64,000 nucleotides of DNA from Candidatus Omnitrophota bacterium (GTDB lineage: Bacteria; Omnitrophota; Gorgyraeia; Gygaellales; Profunditerraquicolaceae). Below, piece after piece: positions 37,562 through 46,479 of the stretch. The position numbers and the translations under genes are program-made. The stretch covers positions 9,540 through 73,539 of the forward strand of contig JBFZAT010000011.1 of the NCBI GenBank assembly GCA_041308845.1, given 5' to 3'. How positions within the stretch are numbered: the first letter of the stretch is position 1; the number at the start of each line of letters is the position of its first letter. The notes below the pieces were generated by a model. That model worked only from the letters and a program-made list of their open reading frames with translations, was not told where the DNA came from and did not search any database.

Positions 37562-39076
37562 ATGCCTAAAAAGAGCTGTATTTTGTTAATTTTGGCCCTA
37601 AGTTTTACCTCTTTGGCACAGAGTTATGAGTTGGTCAACACTGACCAACTAACAGTACAGCTGGATACCTATCTGCGCACAGATTTAGTTACTTTTAAAA
37701 ATGTTGTGGATCTAGATCGGCGTAATCATGATGATCAGGTAACTTATTACGGGCTGGATTATAGTTTTGCTTTCAGCGCCGATTTTAAAAATTCAGGAAA
37801 TAAGATTTACCTTAAAGTTGAACGCAATGGCCCTTATGATTATAGCGCTCCGCTTTTCGTCCATAATACATTGGTTACTTCCGGTGGAAGCATTGAGGGT
37901 TACCGTAACCAAGAATTGCTGCCGCAAGTGGAAGAATTTTGGCTGGATAATAAGTTCTGGGGTGATTTTGGGCTTAAGACCGGTTTGTATATTTATGCAG
38001 TAGGCAATGGTTTCAGTTTAAACGGCGGATATGAGAATTACGGAGTGACTTTATACCGGCAAGCGGAAAACAGCTTTGGGCGTTTGTATTATTGCCGGCC
38101 GGATTTAGTGTATAAAAATCGTTTAGGCCCGCATGTGCAGCAGGAAGAAGATCAGGGGGAAGAGTACGAAACGAATGCGGCTAATTTTTTTGCCGCAGAT
38201 ATTAAAATTTCCGCGGGTCCGCAAACCTTTTGGCCTTATGTCGGAGTATTAGCTGATTATACTTCTGCCGGCAAAAGGGATAATTTTTATGCTGCTTTGG
38301 TAAAAAGGGATTTATTGGGTACATTTGGCGTTGCCTGGGAATATGCAGCAGAAAGTTTTACCTTTAAATTAGAAGCGGCGCGTAATTTTGGGTATGCGCA
38401 AAGCCAAAATAGTGATTATAAGGATATTCAACACACCGGCTATCTGGTTTACTCCGGGATTAACTATGTTTTAGGTAAATTTATCCCGGAATTACATTTT
38501 TTATTCTGTTCGGGGAATAATGCTACTTTGGATCTGGCCGGCAAATCCGATGAGCCGTATGTTTCGGGGAAGAACCGGGCTTTTAGTTATTCTTCAGTGA
38601 CCAACCGGAATTTAAGCGATACGGTCAGCAGCAGCAATGTTGATATGTTGCCAATTGTGGCGATGGGCGGCGGGTATGGTTTAAATTACGGCGTACCCCG
38701 GCCGGGGACATTTTCATCAGCCGATTTCGATAATTTGATTTTACCGGTTATCGGTTTTACTTATAATTTTACAGATAAACTTTGCCTAAGCTTATACGGA
38801 TATTATCTAAGGGCGGCGAGCCGGCCGGTAGGGAGGTTAAACGGGCAAGGCAGGTATCTTGCCCGGGAATTAGGGACAGAGGCGGATTTGTTTATCGACT
38901 ACCAAATTACAAAAAATATTAACTTAGGTTTTTTAGGTGGATGTTTTTTCCCAGGAAAATATTATAAAGAAGAGCGCGATGATTATGACGGCAGCATATT
39001 TAGCCCCTATGTGCGAGGAGATGGCCGCGCGGACAATGCTTATCAGCTTGAATTCTATGTAGAGTTGAAGTTTTAA
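37562..39076 (+). CDS. Secreted outer-membrane beta-barrel candidate (porin-like)
   Basis: Signal peptide MPKKSCILLILALSFTSLAQS, many alternating aromatic/Gly strands, C-terminal ...YVELKF ending in Phe, which is typical of OM beta-barrels. Confidence 0.5.
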   Translation: MPKKSCILLILALSFTSLAQSYELVNTDQLTVQLDTYLRTDLVTFKNVVDLDRRNHDDQVTYYGLDYSFAFSADFKNSGNKIYLKVERNGPYDYSAPLFVHNTLVTSGGSIEGYRNQELLPQVEEFWLDNKFWGDFGLKTGLYIYAVGNGFSLNGGYENYGVTLYRQAENSFGRLYYCRPDLVYKNRLGPHVQQEEDQGEEYETNAANFFAADIKISAGPQTFWPYVGVLADYTSAGKRDNFYAALVKRDLLGTFGVAWEYAAESFTFKLEAARNFGYAQSQNSDYKDIQHTGYLVYSGINYVLGKFIPELHFLFCSGNNATLDLAGKSDEPYVSGKNRAFSYSSVTNRNLSDTVSSSNVDMLPIVAMGGGYGLNYGVPRPGTFSSADFDNLILPVIGFTYNFTDKLCLSLYGYYLRAASRPVGRLNGQGRYLARELGTEADLFIDYQITKNINLGFLGGCFFPGKYYKEERDDYDGSIFSPYVRGDGRADNAYQLEFYVELKF

Positions 39077-39177
39077 GTCGTGTCCTATCTTGAGCTTTGG
39101 GCGCAGCGTTATTTGCCTTGCCTGCGCTTATCGCGGATAAAAAACTAATTCAGGCGCAGCTAGCAGGAGGAAGATTA

Positions 39178-39498
39178 ATGGCCAGCATTGATGATTTCAG
39201 GAAATTAGAGTTGAGAGTAGCGGAAATTAAGGAGGTTAATGATCATCCGAATGCCGATAGATTAATTATTTTAACTCTGGATTTAGGAGATCGGCAGAAA
39301 CAGGTGGTGGCGGGAATTAAAAATTTCTATTCTCCGCAAGAGCTGATTGGCAAACAGGTGGTTTTGGTGGATAATTTAGATCCAGTGTTTTTGCGCGGGG
39401 TAGAAAGCCAGGGGATGATTTTAGCCGGTAGCGATGAAAATACCCTGGCTTTGCTTAGCCCGGAAAAACCCCTGAAATTAGGGAGCATTGTAAAGTGA
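39178..39498 (+). CDS. tRNA-binding domain protein (CsaA/Trbp111/EMAP-II-like OB fold)
   Basis: LRVAEIKEVNDHPNADRLIILTLDLGD...QVVAGIKNFY...GMILA. Start placed at the ATG after AGGAGG rather than the ORF-track start. Confidence 0.65.
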   Translation: MASIDDFRKLELRVAEIKEVNDHPNADRLIILTLDLGDRQKQVVAGIKNFYSPQELIGKQVVLVDNLDPVFLRGVESQGMILAGSDENTLALLSPEKPLKLGSIVK

Positions 39499-40004
39499 TA
39501 AAACAGTTTGTCCCGCAGGAGTTCTGTCTGAAATGCCGAGGATGCTGCCGGTTTAAAGAAGAAAATTCCGTTTGGAGCCCTTGTCTTTTAGATGAGGAGA
39601 TTCAAAAGTTACTTGAAAAAAAAGGAATTCCGGTTGCCTTGATTTCCATTGATCGCCGGATACAGCCGGTCGTAAACCCTCAAGGGGAAAATTTTATTTG
39701 CCCGTTTTTAAAAATACAAGATAATTACTGTCAGATTTATGATCTGCGGCCGTTTGAATGCCAACTGTACCCTTTCTTGATTAATTTGCGTAATGGCAAG
39801 GTTTTGTTAACGGTAGATTTAAATTGCCCTTATGTCTATGAGCAAATTAATAGCCAGTTGGCCAAAGATTATATTGCTTATTTGACAAGTTATCTTAATT
39901 CAGCACCGTTACGGCGGATGCTCAAAGATAATCCTCAGATTATTCAGGCTTATGAAGAAGTGAGAGAAGTCGCGGAGTTAGGCTTGCCTGATGAAACTAA
40001 ATAA
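39495..40004 (+). CDS. YkgJ-family CxxCxxCC (putative Fe-S/Zn) domain protein
   Basis: CLKCRGCCRF near the N-terminus plus additional Cys (CPF, CQ, CPY); 169 aa; overlaps both neighbours. Confidence 0.5.
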   Translation: MIKQFVPQEFCLKCRGCCRFKEENSVWSPCLLDEEIQKLLEKKGIPVALISIDRRIQPVVNPQGENFICPFLKIQDNYCQIYDLRPFECQLYPFLINLRNGKVLLTVDLNCPYVYEQINSQLAKDYIAYLTSYLNSAPLRRMLKDNPQIIQAYEEVREVAELGLPDETK

Positions 40005-40896
40005 ACTATCTTTAGACAATCAAGGGTTATTTAAGCGCTACTTGGGTCGCTTTCCTTGTGAATTAGCGGCATATTCTTTTGCCAATATCTATCTTTGGCA
40101 ACCGCTTTATAATGTTCATTGGGCAGTTAGCGAGGATAGTTTATGCGTATTTTTCCGCGATCGATTAGGTTGTTTTATGTATCTGCCCCCCTTAACGACA
40201 GCTCCGACTGCGCAGCTTATCCAACAAGTTTTTGCCGTGATGGACAAAGTTAATAAAAATCAGAATATTTCGCGCATCGAAAATATCCAAGCTCATCAAT
40301 TAGACTATTTTCGTTCTCTAGGGTATTTATGTTATGAGAAATATCCGGATTATTTGTGCCTGCGCAGCGATTTAGCGAATTTGAGGGGCAACCAATTTAA
40401 ATCTCAACGTGCCGCTTATAATTATTTTATCAAACACTACGACTATAAGCTCGCCCGTTTAGCATTGACCGATCAGCAGGAATGTTTAAGTTTGTTTGCT
40501 GCCTGGGCGCAAGAACGAAAAGCCAGACGTAATGATGATGTCTATTGTGGTATGCTTGAAGATAATCGTAGAATAATCCGGGAGGTTTTCGCTGATTACC
40601 AAAAATTGCGCTTGATAGGATTGGTGGTTAGATTGAACAATGAAATTAAGGCTTTTAGTTTCGGCTATCAACTTAATGCTGATACCTTTTGCATACTTTA
40701 TGAAATCACGGATTTATCGGCGAAAGGGTTAGCCCAGTTTATTTTCAGACGGTTTAGCCAGGAGTTAAAAAAATACAAATTTATCAATATAATGGATGAT
40801 TCTGGCCTGGAAAATTTACGCAGGAGTAAATTAGCTTATCACCCTCAGCGTTTAATTCCAGCTTATATCGCGATTAGGGATGAACGAAAATATTGA
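39991..40896 (+). CDS. DUF2156-family protein (homologous to the MprF/LysPGS C-terminal aminoacyl-tRNA transferase domain)
   Basis: AAYSFANIYLW, DYLCLRSDLANLRGNQFKSQRAAYNYF, AFSFGYQLNADTFCILYEITD..KGL fit the DUF2156 consensus; ~300 aa. Confidence 0.55.
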   Translation: MKLNKLSLDNQGLFKRYLGRFPCELAAYSFANIYLWQPLYNVHWAVSEDSLCVFFRDRLGCFMYLPPLTTAPTAQLIQQVFAVMDKVNKNQNISRIENIQAHQLDYFRSLGYLCYEKYPDYLCLRSDLANLRGNQFKSQRAAYNYFIKHYDYKLARLALTDQQECLSLFAAWAQERKARRNDDVYCGMLEDNRRIIREVFADYQKLRLIGLVVRLNNEIKAFSFGYQLNADTFCILYEITDLSAKGLAQFIFRRFSQELKKYKFINIMDDSGLENLRRSKLAYHPQRLIPAYIAIRDERKY

Positions 40897-41701
40897 AGAA
40901 TTAGAATTGACTATATTTGATACCGAGACCACTGGCCTTCATCCTTCTGCCGGAGACCGCATCGTAGAATTAGCCGGGCTTAGAGTGAAAGGCCGGGAAA
41001 GAATCGCTCAGTTTGATGTTTTAGTTAATCCGCAACGTTTAATCTCTCCCGGGGCTTTTGCGGTTAATAAAATTACTCCGGAAATGCTGGCTGATGCCCC
41101 GAGTATAGAAAAAATTATGCCTGCGTTTTTAGAATTTATCCAAGGCAGCTGCCTGTGTTCTTATAATGCAGAGTTTGATTTGGGTTTTTTAAACCAGGAG
41201 CTTAAGCTGCTCGGCCGGCCGCCGGTTACCGGAGTTTTGGTTTTAGATGTTTTAAAAATGGCCAAAAGACTACTGCCTGGCTTGGCGCGTTATGCGCTTT
41301 GGTTCGTCGCTGAAAAACTGGGAGTAGCATTGATTCAAACTCACCGGGCTTTTTCGGATGTGGAGATGACTTGGGAAGTTTTTATAAAATTAAAGGCGAT
41401 CTGTCAAAAGCAGGGGATTCAAGGCATAACTAATTTTTCCAACCTTTTTGCTTATAATGCGGAGCTGTTAGAAAGCTCGAATATGGAAAAAACTGTTTTA
41501 ATCCAGAAATATATTGAAACGCAAAGGATTCTACGGTTTCGTTATATTTCCAGTTATAATGCTGAAGTTTCTTTACGCGAGATTATTCCTCAACAGATCC
41601 GCCAGGATAAACAATACCGGTATTTAATCGGCTATTGTTGTGCGAAAAAGGAACAACGCATTTTCCGTCTGGATAATATTTTAAATTTAGAAACCGATTA
41701 A
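40880..41701 (+). CDS. DnaQ/DEDDh-family 3'-5' exonuclease with a C-terminal extension
   Basis: IFDTETTGL (Exo I), SYNAEFDLGFL (Exo II), HRAFSDVEMT (Exo III), plus ~100 extra C-terminal residues. Confidence 0.7.
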   Translation: MNENIEELELTIFDTETTGLHPSAGDRIVELAGLRVKGRERIAQFDVLVNPQRLISPGAFAVNKITPEMLADAPSIEKIMPAFLEFIQGSCLCSYNAEFDLGFLNQELKLLGRPPVTGVLVLDVLKMAKRLLPGLARYALWFVAEKLGVALIQTHRAFSDVEMTWEVFIKLKAICQKQGIQGITNFSNLFAYNAELLESSNMEKTVLIQKYIETQRILRFRYISSYNAEVSLREIIPQQIRQDKQYRYLIGYCCAKKEQRIFRLDNILNLETD

Positions 41702-41774
41702 TAATATTTAAGATTGCCTTAGTAAAGATTTAGTATAGAATAGATTCCCAGGCAGTTTTAATTAAGATAACCCG

Positions 41775-43712
41775 ATGAAAATCAAAGAACAAAAGATGGT
41801 TTCGGCAGAGCAAAGGAAATATTTACGTTTAGATACGGTTTTCCCAGTGCAATTCCGCTTGGAAGAACAGACGAAAGAAGTTTTGCTGAGTGGTTGGCTA
41901 CAGGGATTTACCAACAATATCAGCCGGGGTGGGATATGCCTGACGATTAATAACCTGGATCCGCAGTTGGGCAAGCTGCTCAGGCAGAAAGATGTGAAAT
42001 TATCATTAGAGATCGATATTCCGACCAGTCGGAAATCTATCCCTGCCCGAGGAGGGATAGTTTGGGTGAGGGATGTTCCGGGCGAGAAACCCCAGTATGT
42101 CGTGGGGGTTAACTATGACTATATTTTGGTTCAACACAATAATCAGCTCATGCGCTATGCTTGGTTTAGAAAACTATTTGCCCCGTTAATTTTAGCTGTA
42201 GTAATAGTGCTCGCCTCAGGGTTGAGCATCAATAGTTATCTGAATTTTAAATTGACCCAAGGTAATAAGCTATTAATTGAAAAACTAAGCGGGGTCTTGC
42301 AAGATTCAGAGTTGGCCAGACAAAGAATTGAAAAGGCAGTCGCCCAAGGGGAAAATTTTCAGTCTCAGCTCAACCAGCTGCAGGCGCGTATCAAATTCCT
42401 GGAAGCTGAGAAGCTAGAGATTCAGGCCGGAGATGCAATCCAGATTGGAGAACTCAATGATTTAATCGCTGGTTTGACCAAAGAAAAAAAGAATTTAGAA
42501 GAAACGCTGGCAGAGATTAAACGTGATGAAAGCCAGGCGGTTCAAGAATTAGTGCAGTTGGATGACCGGAAACTGGTTTTGGAAAAAGCTAATTTTGACA
42601 GGATGTACCAATGGTTAAAGCTTCATCAAAATCAGCGTTCCGGATTAGTGGCTAGTTTTGAAGGGGATAAGGAAATTACCAGCTGGTCTTTTACTTATGA
42701 CCTGGCTTTATTAGTGCAGGCTTATGCCAAATTTGGAGATTTTGACCGAGCTAAAAAAATTCTGGATTTTTTTAACCATGGAGCCAAAAGAGAAAACGGC
42801 TGGTTTTTGAATGCCTATTATGTAGATGATGGTGCTCCGGCAGAGTTTATTATGCATAGCGGGCCCAACCTGTGGGTGGGATTAGCAATTCTACAGTATA
42901 TGCAAGCTACGCAGGATAAAAGTTATTTAGAGTTAGCCGAAAGTATTGCCCAGACAATTATGGATTTACAGCGGCAAGATGCTTTTGGCGGTATCCGCGG
43001 CGGTCCCCACATGGAATGGTATGCTACCGAACATAATTTGGACGCCTACGCATTTTTTAATATGCTGGCTGAGGTGACCCAAAAACCGGTTTATGCCCAA
43101 GCCGCCCAGAAAACTATAGACTGGATGGTTAGTAATACCTATGCTCCTCCGGATTTACCAGTTAAACGCGGTAAGGGGGATGCTACAATTGCCACCGATA
43201 CTTATGCCTGGAGTATTGCGGCGGTGGGTCCGGAAAAATTGTTTGCTTTAGGCATGGATCCTGATCAGATCCTGGAATTCGTAGAAGAAAATTGCAGCGT
43301 GGAAGTTGTTTTTAAACGTTCCGATCAAGAGAGCGTAAGAATTAAAGGGTTTGATTTTGCCCCACAGCGACATACTGCCCGGGGCGGGGTAGTTTCTTCT
43401 GAATGGACAGCCCAGATGATTGTGGCTTATAAAATTATGGATGAGTTTTATACCGAAAGAGGAGATTTGACTAAAGCCGCCGGTTACGCTAAGAAAGCCC
43501 AGATCTATTTAAATGAATTAGGCAAGATGATTATTTCTAGCTCCTCGGCTTCCGGGCAAGGACAGGGCTGCCTGCCTTACGCTACTTTAGACCAAGTAGA
43601 TACCGGCCATGGCTGGATGACCCCTAAGGGCAGCCACACAGGTTCGGCCTCTGGTACCGCCTATGCCCTTTTTGCTTATTACGGTTTTAATCCTTTAAAG
43701 TTAAAAAAATGA
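41775..43712 (+). CDS. PilZ-domain protein with TM helix, coiled coil and a C-terminal alpha/alpha-toroid-like domain
   Basis: QRKYLRLD...NNISRGGICL (RxxxR...DxSxGG PilZ signature), one TM (LFAPLILAVVIVLASGL), ~100-aa heptad region, then repeated helical-hairpin blocks (YDLALLVQAY, NLWVGLAILQY, NLDAYAFFNML, DTYAWSIAAV). Confidence 0.6.
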   Translation: MKIKEQKMVSAEQRKYLRLDTVFPVQFRLEEQTKEVLLSGWLQGFTNNISRGGICLTINNLDPQLGKLLRQKDVKLSLEIDIPTSRKSIPARGGIVWVRDVPGEKPQYVVGVNYDYILVQHNNQLMRYAWFRKLFAPLILAVVIVLASGLSINSYLNFKLTQGNKLLIEKLSGVLQDSELARQRIEKAVAQGENFQSQLNQLQARIKFLEAEKLEIQAGDAIQIGELNDLIAGLTKEKKNLEETLAEIKRDESQAVQELVQLDDRKLVLEKANFDRMYQWLKLHQNQRSGLVASFEGDKEITSWSFTYDLALLVQAYAKFGDFDRAKKILDFFNHGAKRENGWFLNAYYVDDGAPAEFIMHSGPNLWVGLAILQYMQATQDKSYLELAESIAQTIMDLQRQDAFGGIRGGPHMEWYATEHNLDAYAFFNMLAEVTQKPVYAQAAQKTIDWMVSNTYAPPDLPVKRGKGDATIATDTYAWSIAAVGPEKLFALGMDPDQILEFVEENCSVEVVFKRSDQESVRIKGFDFAPQRHTARGGVVSSEWTAQMIVAYKIMDEFYTERGDLTKAAGYAKKAQIYLNELGKMIISSSSASGQGQGCLPYATLDQVDTGHGWMTPKGSHTGSASGTAYALFAYYGFNPLKLKK

Positions 43713-44356
43713 AACGTAAATTAAGCAGGATATTTAAACATCTCTACTCTGATTTAGGGCCGCAACACTGGTGGCCGGCAGATAGTGTTCTGGAAATTAT
43801 GGTCGGGGCGATTCTTGCACAAAATACCAGCTGGTCCAATGTGCAGAAAGCGATTTTGAATCTTAAGCAAAAAAAACTTCTAAATGTCCGCCGGTTATCC
43901 CGGGTAAAAACTGATAATTTGGCTGCTTTGATTAAAAGCGCAGGCTGTTATAATCTTAAGGCTGCTCGACTAAAAAACTTTCTTAAATTCTTTATCGATG
44001 GCTATCGCGGGCAAAGCAAGCTATTGGGTGCCCAAGATTGGAAAATTTTACGTAAACAATTGTTAGAAGTCAAAGGCATTGGGCCGGAAACCGCGGATTC
44101 TATTCTGCTCTATGCTTTAAATAAGCCAGTTTTTGTAGTGGATGCGTATACTCAGAGGATATTGCTGCGGCATGGATTAATTAATAAACCAATAGATTAT
44201 TATTCATTGCAGGATATTTTTATGCGCCACCTCAAGCCTGATGCGTGGATGTTTAACGAATATCATGCTTTATTGGTTAAAATAGGCAAGGATTACTGCC
44301 GCAAACAAAATCCTAAATGCGAGGTTTGCCCTTTATGGTCGATAAGAAACGCCTAA
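43709..44356 (+). CDS. HhH-GPD superfamily base-excision DNA glycosylase (EndoIII-related) with a C-terminal 4Fe-4S Cys cluster
   Basis: ILAQNTSW...VKGIGPETADSILLYAL...VVDAYTQRI, C-terminal CRKQNPKCEVCP. Confidence 0.65.
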   Translation: MKRKLSRIFKHLYSDLGPQHWWPADSVLEIMVGAILAQNTSWSNVQKAILNLKQKKLLNVRRLSRVKTDNLAALIKSAGCYNLKAARLKNFLKFFIDGYRGQSKLLGAQDWKILRKQLLEVKGIGPETADSILLYALNKPVFVVDAYTQRILLRHGLINKPIDYYSLQDIFMRHLKPDAWMFNEYHALLVKIGKDYCRKQNPKCEVCPLWSIRNA

Positions 44357-45462
44357 TCAAGACACTCCAACAATTGATTGCTTTGGATTCGCAAAATCCT
44401 CCCGGTGATGAACGGAGTATTGCCGGGTTTGTCAGTAGTTATTTAAAAAAAATAGGATTTAAGGTCCGGCTGCATACATTTAAAGCCAAAAGAATTAATG
44501 TAGTAGGAGTTTGGGAAGGTAGAAAACGCGAAAAATCGCTGTTAATTACTCCGCATTTAGATACGGTTCCGGCCGGAACCAACTGGAAAACTCCGCCGCT
44601 AGAGGCCAGAATCATCGGTAACCGCATTTATGGTTTAGGGGCTACCGATTGTAAAGGGAACCTGGCCTGTGCTTTAGAAGCGATGAGCGCTTTGGCACAG
44701 AAAAAAGTTAGGCTTAACTATGATTTAGTGTTGGCTGCGACTGCCGATGAAGAAAGCGGGTCGGCTTGGGGACTGATTCCTTTGCTTAAACGTAAGCTTT
44801 TAAAAGTTGATGCGGCGGTAGTTTTGGATGCCGATGATTTCGAGATTGTCATTACGCAAAAAGGGCTGATGCATTTAACGCTGAGCCTAAAAGGAAAAAA
44901 AGCGCACGGTGCATATCCTTGGTTAGGAGTGAATGCCATAGAGCTAGCAGCTAAGATTATCGGCGACCTTAAAAGTAAGCATCAGGATTATATTAAAAAT
45001 AAATATTTGCGGCCACCTAGCGTTAATGTCGGGACGATTAAAGGCGGAGACAAGGTGAATGTTGTCAGTGACTGGTGCGAATTGGAATTGGATTTCCGAT
45101 TTCTGCCTGGCTCAACCGCAATCGAAATATTACGCTCTTTGAAAACAATTATTAACAGATATACTAGAGATTATAAAATTCAAATTCAAGGTATACAACC
45201 GCCTTATTATATCGCCCCAAATCATTCTTTAGTTCGTAGCTTGGCTCTAGCGATGCAAAGCTTAAAAATTAAACCGCGAATCAGCGGTTCAGAAGGAGCA
45301 ACCGTGATAACTTTCTTTAAAGCGCTGGGTATCCCGGCGATTGCCACAGGTTTTGGTTCTGAAGGTTGTGCGCATATCGCCGACGAATATGCCCGTTTAG
45401 ATAATTTATATAAGGGGGCGCAAGTTTTAGTAACTTTTTTGCAACAATATAGGTTTAGTTAA
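44335..45462 (+). CDS. M20-family metallopeptidase (ArgE/DapE-like deacylase)
   Basis: ITPHLDTVP, GLGATDCKG and ATADEESG metal-ligand motifs plus a dimerisation insert. Confidence 0.7.
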   Translation: MVDKKRLIKTLQQLIALDSQNPPGDERSIAGFVSSYLKKIGFKVRLHTFKAKRINVVGVWEGRKREKSLLITPHLDTVPAGTNWKTPPLEARIIGNRIYGLGATDCKGNLACALEAMSALAQKKVRLNYDLVLAATADEESGSAWGLIPLLKRKLLKVDAAVVLDADDFEIVITQKGLMHLTLSLKGKKAHGAYPWLGVNAIELAAKIIGDLKSKHQDYIKNKYLRPPSVNVGTIKGGDKVNVVSDWCELELDFRFLPGSTAIEILRSLKTIINRYTRDYKIQIQGIQPPYYIAPNHSLVRSLALAMQSLKIKPRISGSEGATVITFFKALGIPAIATGFGSEGCAHIADEYARLDNLYKGAQVLVTFLQQYRFS

Positions 45463-45484
45463 TTATAAAATATAAGGAGATGCT

Positions 45485-46474
45485 ATGGATGCTTTAATGA
45501 TGAAGAAAAAACCGCGCCTGAAAAAGCCTTATCTGATTGTGGCTTGGCCGGGGATGGGGGAGGTAGCTTTTAAGGCCGCAGAATATTTAATTCAAGCACT
45601 CAAGGCGCAGGAATTTGCTCGGATTATGCCGGACGATTTTTTTTATCTTTCCGGCAGTGTTATTTCAAAAGGGGTATTAGAGGTGCCGCTACTTCCCCAA
45701 GGGAAATTTTATTATTGGAAAAATATGGCAACTAAAGGCAGTAGCGCAAGCAAAAATGATCTAATAATTTTCTTAAGCAATGCCCAGCCGGATCTTTCCA
45801 AGGCGGATAGTTATGCCAAAGTGATTATCGGGCTTGCTAAAGATTTAGGTGTAGAATCAGTGGTGAGCTTTGCCTCAATGCCTCAGGCCACTGACCATAC
45901 TCAGGATCCCGCTGTATGGTTTGCCGCTACCGATCTGAACATCAAAGAGAGTTTTAAAAAATATAATTTTACGGCTTTAGTTGATGGGCAGATCAGTGGG
46001 ATGAACGGTTTATTTTTAGGTATGGCCAAGAAAGCCGGATTAAATGGATTTTGCCTTTTAGGGGAGATACCCCTTTACACTATCCAGATTGAAAATCCTA
46101 AAGCCTCCGCTGCTGTATTAACGGCTTTGGCAGCGATCTTGAATATCCAGATTGATGTCGAGCCCTTAAAAGAACAAGGCCGAATGATGGAGAATGAAAT
46201 TAATAAATTGCTGGAGTATTTAAAGGTAGGTAGCAGCGGGATTTCCGGGCCGATTGGCGAAGAAGAGGTAGAGTTAATTAAAAAAAGCCTTGGACAGCTT
46301 ACTAAGCTGCCTGTTTCGGTAAAAGAAAGAATCGAGAAGTTATTCGAAGAAAGCCGCCTGAATATATCTAAGGCCAAAGAATTAAAAATCGAGCTGGATA
46401 AATGGAATGTTTATAAAGAATACGAAGATAAATTTTTAGATCTTTTCAGAAAGAATATTGATCAGGGGAATTAG
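45485..46474 (+). CDS. PAC2-family protein (proteasome-assembly-chaperone-like fold)
   Basis: PYLIVAWPGMGEVAFKAAEYL N-terminal block and overall ~330 aa resemble PAC2/DUF75. Confidence 0.4.
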   Translation: MDALMMKKKPRLKKPYLIVAWPGMGEVAFKAAEYLIQALKAQEFARIMPDDFFYLSGSVISKGVLEVPLLPQGKFYYWKNMATKGSSASKNDLIIFLSNAQPDLSKADSYAKVIIGLAKDLGVESVVSFASMPQATDHTQDPAVWFAATDLNIKESFKKYNFTALVDGQISGMNGLFLGMAKKAGLNGFCLLGEIPLYTIQIENPKASAAVLTALAAILNIQIDVEPLKEQGRMMENEINKLLEYLKVGSSGISGPIGEEEVELIKKSLGQLTKLPVSVKERIEKLFEESRLNISKAKELKIELDKWNVYKEYEDKFLDLFRKNIDQGN

Positions 46475-46479
46475 TTTTT

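Noticed and set aside
37767-38003. 78-aa + strand ORF inside the OMP gene
   Set aside because: Alternative frame of the same strand inside a longer, better-supported ORF.
39097-39177. N-terminal 27 codons of ORF 39097-39498
   Set aside because: A hydrophobic extension with no RBS. An AGGAGG RBS precedes the internal ATG at 39178, which gives the normal ~107-aa length for a CsaA-like tRNA-binding protein, so the shorter start was used.
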